From the NCBI RefSeq assembly GCF_964355755.1, contig NC_092675.1, positions 18,324,912 through 18,388,911 of the forward strand: DNA of 64,000 nt, written 5' to 3'. This DNA comes from Antedon mediterranea. Taxonomy: Eukaryota > Animalia > Echinodermata. Made by a program: the position numbers and the translations under genes. Numbering within the stretch: the stretch's first letter is position 1; each line of letters starts with the position of its first letter. Below the pieces are notes generated by a model. The model was not told where the DNA came from and did not search any database. It worked only from the letters and a program-made list of their open reading frames with translations. Shown here one piece after another: positions 1 to 11,600 of the stretch.

Positions 1-19
1 ATGAAATGAACGATTCTAA

Positions 20-104
20 AGCTCTGTCTACACTATCAAATATAGTAGTGATATGATTGTGTCCACATGTTTTTTGCATATAGTTTGATAGTGTAGACAT
101 ATCT
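20..104. mobile_element. PIF/Harbinger-type MITE, family 1 (short copy)
   Basis: TIR AGCTCTGTCTACACTATCAAA / TTTGATAGTGTAGACATATCT, with TAA on both sides. Confidence 0.75.
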
Positions 105-2642
105 TAAGTATATATTGTGGTAAAATAGAAATTGACCACTTTATGTGCCTTAAAAGACAATGATGTGAAATATTGATATTATTATCACAGTTGCTAGGTC
201 AAACATTTTGTCAATCTGTTTATATTGTCATGGTTCAGTGAATAATGCAGTTAAGGATACTAATTATCGATATCATTTGCTTGAAGTGTTTTCTCATTTA
301 AATCTAGTGGTTGTCATTTAACAATTTATCCTCTCATACCAAATGTTACAATTTACATAGCAATCAGTGCCTTTTTCTGAGGGTATTGTTACTTTGGACT
401 TACGGTATGTATTATAGTTATATGGTACTGTACATACTCAGGAATGCATTTTGAACAAAAATGTAGAATAGGTAAAGAATTCGTTTGAATTGGATGATGG
501 GTTTGTTTGAATGTTTTTATGGAATCTTCTTATGGGCTGTTTAAGAAAAATAATAATATTACAGTATTAACCTGGAACCAAATCTTCTAGATTGAAAATA
601 ATGATTACAGTAGTTTAGAAAAACTAACATTTCATCATATTACATCCATTATTGTGTAAACAGTAAATATATGATATCCAATCAGTCGGTTAAGTAATAG
701 AAATCTTTAATTTATTCAAGATCAAGTCTGACCTAAAACTCAGTAAGACGGACTAAATGACTTGCTAAGAATGAAGTAAACTAACTCTAGAATACAATTT
801 TTTTTAATTGGCCACAAATATCAAATTCTAATTTTGTAGACGGATGCTTAATTTACAAAAGACAGTAGAGAAAATTTAAAATGTTTTGTTAATGACATTG
901 TCACTAATGACTGCCGAGCACTGACTGCAGAGCACTGAGCTAGTGCAATTAGGTTCATTTAAATGTAATGACCTTTGCTATTTCCAGCTTTGGTTGTTCA
1001 TTCAGCATGAAACCGATGTAAATAAATTAAAAGCAAACAGTAGGAATCTGTTTGAATTACTAGCTACTATAACGTACTAGGGTTTTGCATTGTGTGAAAT
1101 AATTTGGTTAAAAACAATAATATAGAAAATATTGTTTTAAACCTTTTATATTTGCTTAAATTTATTATTTTTTAAATTTGACTCTATGCATGTGTATACA
1201 CCTTTAAATGTCACTTAGCATACACAGTGTAGTTTAATTTGCTTTTGATAAATCAAGCAATTAAAATCATATTTATAAATATTAATAATCTGTGTGTTTA
1301 ACTTGATGCAATGAATGAACACAAGTACTTGATACAACAGCAGAGCAAAATAGATTTAATTTAAATGTATTATCTAATTAAATATTAAATTTAATTCTAT
1401 CAATAATAATGCGCTGCTCTCACAGCATTTATTTGGTCCAATAAAACATATCGGAAATTCATTTTTTCACTATTTAAACAACGAATAATATAAGAACATA
1501 CACTATACAAAATTACACATAAACGTTATACACAATAAATTACTTAAATGGAACCAAATTAGAGAGATAATAAATATTTTATAAAGTTAAATTTGACCTT
1601 AGCGTGTGTGTAGTATTGAATAGTTGAAAAAACTCCCTCTTTATTTAGTTAGTTAACATAATATTATTGATTCAAGAAATTGTATAGAATCACTCAATAA
1701 ACTTAAATAAAAAGAAAAATGATTACTAGGTTATTTAATTTCATGAAGTCAATGCGATTATAAAATTCTACAGGAGATACATTGTATGTAAGAATAAGCT
1801 ATTTGGTGAAAATTATTTTTTCGTATTGATTTCTAATATTTAAATAATGGAAATGGTTTTGAATACAAATTTATTTGTATTGATTTCAGTGTCTTATTTT
1901 CTGATATTACAGTACATCATCCATAAATTTTCAGAAATACAATACCTCATGATTGAAATGTTGATAATAAATGATTAAGCTAAAGTGTGTTTAAATGTGT
2001 GTGGGTGTACTATCAAGTGTTGTTCCATCATGCCATGTTCAAATCTAAGTGAAACTAGTTGTCATTTTATCTGAATCCACCAGTGGTCTAGTGGTTGGGT
2101 GCCAATAAGAGCCAAGTGCAATTCTTAGTTGTGGGCAACTTGTTAGTATTCTTATTATAAATAAATTATACTATGTACTGTATTTCATTAATTTACAGCT
2201 AGGAAGTTGAGAGTTTTATGTCCTCCCATTAAAGTTGATAGTATAGTGATATTGCATATTTAATCTAATTGTACCGTTGGCACTAAATTTATTAATGTAC
2301 AGAAATCAGTAATCATGAAATCATGTATGGCACTTAAGAACAGAATAAATTAGATTGTTGAAAATATCCCTATAATTGTTTTCTATTTTATCTTTTGTAT
2401 ACAATTTAATGTTAGTTTAATGTATATAATTTGTTCTGTACGTTATATGTTCAATATAATACTAATTATTTCATTATTATGTTATGATAGATGTAAGTTA
2501 TTTATTATGAATTATGACTTAATGCACCTATATCAAGGCAAAAACTCAATTTGCACCACCCAGTATACAGAATGACTGCAAAAATGAAAAATCTTTATTA
2601 CTTGATAAAATTGCCATAAATTTTAAAAATTTAATCTTACAG

Positions 2643-5600
2643 ATTTATCTGATATTGAACCAAACAACTTTCTAAGTCCATTTCTCGATGTGATTCGGTC
2701 AGAAGACACAACTGGACCTATCACTGGCCTTGCACTCTCGTCGGTCAATAAATTTCTGTCCTATGGACTTTTAGGTAAGGTCAATCTATTATCATTTTCA
2801 ATGACATACTGAATCGCCAACTCATATCCTTTACATCCAGATAAGCCAGTAACTTTTTTTTTTCAATGATTTGAAATCTTTAATAGTTTGCACCAAAATT
2901 GGGGGGTGATGGGGGGTGTTACAAACATGCAACTTATCTTTTTTTTATCATCAAAATAGAATCACTGGTTTTGTTGTATCATATGATATGATATACCTAC
3001 AGTATTCCTACATGATCAGTATTATTACCAGAATAGCACTTGTAACAATATTCATAAAAAATTCATTTTCATTACACAGATCCTGCAATTGATGGTACTG
3101 CAGCTGGAATAGAGAACATTGCTGATGCTGTCACACATGCTCGGTTTGTTGGTACAGATCCAGGCTCGGATGAGGTTGTATTGATGAAGATCTTACAGGT
3201 AATAGGAAGCTTTCGATTTGTGATGGCCTAGGAATTTTGACCGATTCCAGTTTCAGGCGATGGCCTACACAATATATGTAGGACCTAGGTTTTTAAAAGT
3301 TATTTAATGATAATTCAGGTGTGATAAAATATTAATTTTTTTAAAGTTTAATCGGTATAAAAAGACTCAAAATAAGTAATTTATTACTGTATAATTCATT
3401 AAAACTTAAAAATACTATAAAAATACATACACATTTTACAAATTTACAATAGACCATGCTTAAAATATTCTGATAAGTTTATACTGTTGATATTTTATCA
3501 GAACAAATCAGTCAATGTGTCAAGCATTATTTCAGTTGATAAAAATAATGACTACAGATATGTTTTTTTGTATAATTTGTTTTTAGGTTTTGAGAACACT
3601 TTTACTCACTCCAGTTGGTTGTCACCTAACCAATGAATCTGTCTGTGAAATTATGCAGTCTTGTTTTAGGATATGTTTTGAAATGCGGCTAAGTGGTAAA
3701 GAAATTATTCTCTTTAGATTTTTTATGTTGAAGTTAAGTAATCTTATTAAAAGAACATTTTCTATCATTGTGCTTTTAAGAAAATGTGATTTTATTGAAA
3801 TTCTTTTTCAGAGTTGCTACGTCGTTCAGCTGAGCAGACACTAGTTGATATGGTACAGCTTCTCTTCTCAAGACTGCCACAGTTTAAAGAGGAGAAGATT
3901 GCAGGAATGAGAAAGGTTTACTTTTGTTCTTTTATCAATGAAAACATTTTGCTCAAATAATTGTTTATTTATGAATGTATAACTTGTGTTTTTAATACAT
4001 ATGGTTGTCTTTACTTAGTTGCTCAATAATACCATATACAGATAACTTGACATTATATTGATTTTGTTCTGCAGCTCAAAATGAGAGCTGGTGGGATTGC
4101 TGATTCCAGGCGGAAAAAATCTAAACAATCCCCAAAAAATCGGCAAAGAAAAGAAAAACATCCATCATCTACCACTCTACAGGAGGAACGAGAGTCAACT
4201 GCCACTAGTGGTCAGCCCTCTCCAGCAGTCAGTGACAACAACATCGCCTCGGAACCTGAAGAGCAAGAGCTTCTCTCAGAACCAAGACAGTTGGAGGAAA
4301 GACTGCAGAGTTCTGATTGTGAAGGAGATGGCCGTGAAGTGGTGTCAATTGATGACTGTGTGGAAACACCTGATGGAGTCCCAAGTGAACATGGTGTGGT
4401 GTCGCTTACAGGAAGTCAGGGTATGGAAGAGGGCACTGACAGAAGGAGTTTTGGCAATGAAGACGGCATAGACAGAAAGGTAGGTATTTTCTCTTATATA
4501 AAAACTATTATCCCATGCTAATCCCACTTTGCTAATCCCACTTTGCTAAATTCATTGTTAATGTAATCAGAAAATCCCTTCTACTTTTCACCAAATTTCA
4601 TACCCATTGACTACACGGTCATATACAGTAATTACAAATCAGAGATCAAGATTAAATTGTGCTGAGGTCTAGCAAAATAATAGTTTGACTTGTACGCTTT
4701 TCACATTTGCAAAATGTAACAACTTGTAACAAGGTTTGCATAGTGTTTTTGTTTCAAGTTGTTACTGCGCTCGCATGTATTGCCCTGGTATTAAACTGAC
4801 CAATCACAGTACTAATCAAATAGCGCGCATCAGACCTGCTTATAAGTTGTAACAATTTATTAAGTTGTGAAAAGGGTATGCGTGTTGTGCATCTTCCTTG
4901 CAAAGTATATTCTTTAATCCAAATAAAATCTTCTTGATAGAAGGAAGATGATGCAAACTATGATTCTGAGAAGACGGAATCATTAGCAGATGGAATGGAA
5001 GATTCTGAATCAATCACAGAGCATTCAGATAGTGCTTCTGTACATGATTCTGACTATGTGAATCCACATGGAGTACGTTTTACACCTCAGCAGAGGCCTA
5101 AAGATGGTAGGGTTACATGTTGTTGCGTTATTTTTGTCTTCATCTCATCTTCCTATTCTGTGCTGAACCTTACTTGAGTATAGTTGCACATGTCTTGAAA
5201 ATATTAGGTTAATTAATAGTAGAATATTACATATTATAAAACAAAACAAAAGAGGTTGATTTATTATGTATAGTTTCTCTGTCTCCATGCACTCAGTATT
5301 ATTAAATTACCCTAAGGGGAAGCGATAAAAATATGCATAAATTACATTAAAATTAAGATAGAAATAACTTGTATGTTTGTTTTATTTTATAGGATCTGGT
5401 CCACTGATTCCATATGGACTTCCGTGTGTCAGAGAACTGTTTAGATTTCTCATTTCTCTTATTAACCCTTATGACAGGTAAGCAAAAAAAAGATGATTCT
5501 CTGGTTTATTCTCTTATTCTATTCTTATAATTAGTACAGTGGTACTGCAAAAGCTTTTTTTTTCAAGAATTTATTATAAATACTAAACTATCTCCATTTA

Positions 5601-8600
5601 ACATTCTAACAATGGTAGGGAATGACGATTTTTGCATCCATCCCGTTTACAGAATACATAAACTTTATTCTGATTAAACATATCTGAAAAAGTCACTAAT
5701 ACAATGTTGATGCTGAAATTCTTACTAGATTGTATATGTGGATATAAAGGATGTTTTTGGTTTATGCTTCTTAATCTCTGTCTACACTATCAAACTTTAT
5801 GTGAAAATGTGATGTGCCCATATATGGACTTGATGATGTCATATAACTACCATATTTGGGCCTATCACTACCATATTTGGGCCTATCACTAACATATTTG
5901 GGCTCCTCACATTTTTTTGTTAAACTAGTTTGATAGTGTAGAAAGAGCTTTAAACCAACAGGGTTGTTTTAATGTTTAACAATTTATGTTTACAGGCACA
6001 ATACTGATGTTATGATTCATATGGGACTAAGTCTACTGACAATATCCTTAGAAACTGGCTGTGATCACATCAGCCATTTCTCTGTTCTTCTATCTCTTGT
6101 TAAGGATGACATGTGCAGGCATCTTTTTGCTGTAAGTATTGTATATTATTTAATTACTGCATCACATAATTACGGACAAATTTTGTCACCCTGAAAAATC
6201 ATTACACTAGTCTTATAACAAATAACACAATTTTTTTAATTGTGCTTCTTCCCAAGTTGAAATGTAGTAGAGACCATATTAAGGGAGAGACCTCTGGGAG
6301 CCTGCAAAGTGTCCCTTAGGAGTTGGTTGTAATGTTTAGACACATATTGCCCTTGTTTGTTTAACAGGAAAGTTTCCGCTAGGAGTTGGTTGTAATGGTT
6401 AGACACATATTGCCCTTGTTTGTTTAACAGGAAAGTTTCCGCTAGGAGTTGGTTGTAATGTTTAGACACATATTGCCCTTGTTTGTTTAACAGGAAAGTT
6501 TCCGCTAGGAGTTGGTTGTAATGGTTAGACACATAGTGCCCTTGTTTGTTTAACAGGAAAGTGTCCCTTAGGAGTTGGTTGTAATGTTTAGACACATAGT
6601 GCCCTTGTTTGTTTAACAGGAAAGTTTCCGCTAGGAGTTGGTTGTAATGGTTAGACACATAGTGCCCTTGTTTGTTTAACAGGAAAGTGTCCCTTAGGAG
6701 TTGGTTGTAATGTTTAGACACATAGTGCGCTTGTTTGTTTAACAGGAAAGTGTCCCTTAGGAGTTGGTTGTAATGTTTAGACACATAGTGCCCTTGTTTG
6801 TTTAACAGGAAAGTTTCCGCTAGGAGTTGGTTGTAATGTTTAGACACATAGTGCCCTTGTTTGTTTAACAGGAAAGTGTCCCTTAGGAGTTGGTTGTAAT
6901 GTTTAGACACATAGTGCCCTTGTTTGTTTAACAGGAAAGTGTCCCTTAGGAGTTGGTTGTAATGTTTAGACACATAGTGCCCTTGTTTGTTTAACAGGAA
7001 AGTGTCCCTTAGGAGTTGGTTGTAATGTTTAGACACATAGTGCCCTTGTTTGTTTAACAGGAAAGTGTCCCTTAGGAATTGGTTGTAATGTTTAGACACA
7101 TAGTGCCCTTGTTTGTTTAACAGGAAAGTGTCCCTTAGGAATTGGTTGTAATGTTTAGACACATAGTGCCCTTGTTTGTTTAACAGGAAAGTGTCCCTTA
7201 GGAATTGGTTGTAATGTTTAGACACATAGTGCCCTTGTTTGTTTAACAGGAAAGTGTCCCTTAGGAATTGGTTGTAATGTTTAGACACATAGTGCCCTTG
7301 TTTGTTTAACAGGAAAGTGTCCCTTAGGAATTGGTTGTAATGTTTAGACACATAGTGCCCTTGTTTGTTTAACAGAAAAGTGTCCCTTAGGAATTGGTTG
7401 TAATGTTTAGACACATAGTGCCCTTGTTTGTTTAACAGGAAAGTGTCCCTTAGGAATTGGTTGTAATGTTTAGACACATAGTGCCCTTGTTTGTTTAACA
7501 GGAAAGTGTCCCTTAGGAATTGGTTGTAATGTTTAGACACATAGTGCCCTTGTTTGTTTAACAGGAAAGTGTCCCCTAAATAATAAACTCCCAAACCATG
7601 GGTTCTACACTGTAGTGTTATATCCTTTAATACTGTAATACCTCTAAAGGTATCAACATTAGGTAGCATTAAGATTTATAGTTTTATATACTTTATGGTG
7701 AGCAAGAACGAATCTTTCTATATTTAAACAAAATCTAAATATTTATTTACAGCTTCTTCAGGCTGATCGTCTTTCTCTGTTTGCTTCATCTGTGCGTGTG
7801 TGTTTCCTTCTTTTTGAATCCATGCGAACTCATCTTAAGTTTCAACTAGAGATGTACTTATTGAAGCTTGTAGAACTTATTGTATCAGAATCACCTAAAA
7901 TTATGTATGAACAACGTGAGATGGCACTGGATGCTATTGTACAGGTACTGCATAGCCAATTCTTATTTTAAATTATCCATTTATTTTGCATAATTTGAAT
8001 GATTCTTCTATGTTTTTATACGATTTTCATTGATGCTGTTTTTCAGAAATACTGTTCTCAACATATTTAACTAAAGTTTTTCGTAATGCTTGCGCATTCG
8101 CAGATCCATTAATGTACAAAGTGGGCAGAGCTTTTGCATTGCATGTTGGGAAATAGCGTTAAAGTTAAAAAAAAAAATTCCCTAATAATTGAGGTATTTT
8201 ATTATAATGAATAGAATAACTAAAATTTACATAACAGAAGGCAACTAAAGGCAGATAGATTGCTGAAAGTGCAATATTAACAAATTATTAAAACGATAAT
8301 AGACAATTTGAAAGTTTAAATAATACATCAAACTTGGTTCAAAAGAACACTAATTTAAGCTGCATACCCACATATATTTTAAAATGACATTTTAAAAATT
8401 TATGTAGTGTAGTACAATAAAAATAAAGTGTGTATGTATCTACATAAATGATTTAAATCACTCAAGCAATGTATGTTATATCACTGTTCACTGTTTTGTT
8501 CTTTTAGTTGTGGAGGATACCTTCTTTAGTAGCTGAGTTGTATTTAAATTATGACTGTGATATTTATTGTACTAATTTATTTGAAGATCTGACCAAGTTA

Positions 8601-11600
8601 CTTTCAAAGGTAAGTTTTTATACAGATTTGGTTGTAGAGGTATGGGTATTAAAATGGCTGGAAGGTTTTAACTGCATTTCACCATGGAGTAGAGGAGCAG
8701 GTATCTGTAATAGTATATTATCTATTTACAAATATTGTAACAATAATGCATAATAATCTTTTCAATTTAATGATTTTTATTCAGAATGCATTCCCAGTGT
8801 CCGGATCATTATATACAACACACTTGTTATCTCTTGATGCATTGCTGGCCGTTATTGATGCCATTGAGGCAAACTGCCACCATAGAATATTAAGCACAAT
8901 GGCTGCACAGAGTACAGAACGAATAACGTCAGAGTCGGGTATAGAGATACAGATACAGGACATGTCTACCAAACAAGAAGGTAAACAGTTATTACATTCA
9001 AAATAAATACAATTTAAAAATGATTTGATTGTGGTGGAAAGTGGTGAGTTGTGGTGGATTTATGCTAATAATTTACTCCTATACTTTGCTTTGTTTTAAA
9101 ATATTTCTATTCAATTCAATTTCTACTACATTATACATTTTAATAAATCAAATAGTGTTAGAAGTTAATGCAAACACAATAATTAGTTCTTTTTTAGATA
9201 CTTGCTACAATATTACTACATTCATGCATCTTTTCTTACTGTAAACGATAAATATTTACTTGGTATAATAACTTGATTCAGTAGATGATGCAGTAATAAT
9301 AATAATGATATTATACAGGCTCCCTGTTTGTAGCAGCGGTGACGTGACTGTTCCATGTACATTCTGTAATGCTAATTTAATATTAAATGCTATATAGTTC
9401 TCTCTTATATGTCTTTACCACTAATTGTGCTTTGGGTGTAGGGCAACCAGGGGCTAACACTGATGGAATGGCATCGGACAACAAGGGGTCACCAGGAGTA
9501 CATGCTAATCCACCTACAACAGGCTATGCAATGGGACAGCTAATGACAGCTTCCTTACAAAGACAACCTAAGGATGGTAGGCTAATGCTATACTACTAAT
9601 ATAACATTCTGAGTTATCAGATATCGGTCAGAAGTTTGTGTAAAAACACATGTTCAGCTTTGTATGATTTATATACCTTAACCTAGGCCAAACATTGATA
9701 GGTTAGCATTCACAAATATGCAAGTTCTGTAGTTTGAAAAATATCTGCATTTAGCCATTTTCAAAAGGTATTCAGCATGAATCTGGTTGTTTGTCAAATA
9801 ATACATTGTCAAATAATATCTGTATTTATTTCTATTAGAAGTGCATGCTTTATTTTTAGCACATTTTAATTTAACATTAGCAGTAAGATATTGGTATTAC
9901 AGTTGTTTTGTATTTTTTTGGGCAGAAGTAAATTTTATTTTATTATTGACAGGTAAACTAAATGTTGAGAATGAGCGACTTGAAGGTAGTCCGTGCAGAC
10001 GATGTACTCGATTCCCACCTTCACCAGGACTACCAGCACCTGAAGACCTTGTTAAAATTAAACATCGTAAAAAGGTAAACACCTACAGATACCAGTATCA
10101 ATTTGTAGTGAAATTTATCTGTGGTTGAGCTAATTTGGATGTAGATGACATTAGAGATGGCGGTTCACTTTTGCAGAGTCATAAAACACTGTCTGTACTA
10201 TATTGTACAATAAAACAGGCATTTCGCTATTCATAATTAAAAATATTGGTAAAACTTCATACCCTGTATTCCCTCGGCAGCTTAGACCAGTCAAAGTGTT
10301 GTGACTTAAATAAACAGTAACATGCAGGATACAGCAAAAATAATAAACTATTGAATATTAATTACTACTAATTTCAGTACATTCCTTTTATAGACATTAT
10401 ATCATTACTGATTACAAATTTATTTTTTCAGCTACTGCAAGCTGGTACAGATCAGTTCAACCAGAAGCCTTCAAAGGGAATTGCATTCTTACAGGAAAAT
10501 AACATTTTAAGGACACCTTTGGATCCTAAAGAAATGGCACAATTCCTCAAAGAAAATCCAAAACTAGATAAAAAACAAATTGGAGAGTATGTTAGTAACA
10601 AAAAGAACACTAAAGTGCTAGAAGCGTATATGAGGTAGGTACTAAATATTTGTACTTTCGGTAGTACGGTCTTGTCCTGTGTTGTATATAACCCATTGTG
10701 TCTTAAGATATAACTTATCTGTATGGTTACTTTAGTCCAGTCCCTAAGGGGAGAAAAAGGGGTGGGATGTTACCAGACTGGATACAAATTTTTCAGTATA
10801 GCAGTTTGGTAGAGTATAGTGTGGAGATGCCAAAACAAAGTTACTGGAAATCTGATTTGACCTCTGTGACCTCTGACCTCAATTTTTATATTTTTCTATT
10901 ATATAACTAAAAATCGCCATATCTTGACAACGCATGGACATTTTACATTTATTTTTTTTTCAAAATGCTTGGAAGATATATATTTATATTCGCTATAATG
11001 AAAAAAATTGTACAAAAATGGCCGCAAAGGCTTTATTTTTCAGTTTGACCTTTGACCTTGATTGCCTAATATCTCAATAACACGCAATCTCAGAGATTTG
11101 AGAATGGGCTCAAAATGTTAAGAAAATAAATCTAATATTTAGTCTAATAGAAACTTTTTTCAAAAAATTACCATAAATTAAGCTTTTTTGACCCTTGACC
11201 TCTAATGTTTGAATATGTCAATATCTCGGTAACTATTTGTCCTAAAAAGTTCAGTTTGGTGTCAAATTGTTTAGAATATACACATTTATATTTGCTCTAA
11301 CAAAATATTTTGTCAGAATTCAATTGGAAATGTCATTTTGAGCTATGACCCATCGTTTTGCATATATTTAGCAATTAATAATCTATAAAAAGAGATCGAG
11401 AGAGGGGAGGGGGTTGGGGTGGATGGAGAGACACATATTTTTGTTACATGTTACACAAATGTTAAACTCTGTCTACACTATAACATTTTTATGCGACAAA
11501 AAAATGTGATGTGCCCATATATGGACACGATGAATGACATATTACTACCATATTTGGGCACATCACACCTTTTTTGTTAAACTAGTTTATAGTGTAGACA

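Noticed and set aside
2078-2140. tRNA gene at TGGTCTAGTGG
   Set aside because: A-box-like motif only, with no convincing B-box or cloverleaf; at most a decayed SINE head.
1-2642. First coding exon of GBF1
   Set aside because: No matching peptide or ATG-bearing exon found; the region reads as intron.
6306-7577. CRISPR-like arrays (also 44414-45326, 56238-56361, 61107-61369)
   Set aside because: Units are contiguous with no unique spacers, the context is eukaryotic and there are no cas genes.
6236-7669. 477-aa antisense ORF of 21-aa repeats as a real protein
   Set aside because: It is the one stop-free frame of a 63-bp (multiple of three) minisatellite; only short unique flanks exist and nothing else supports coding.
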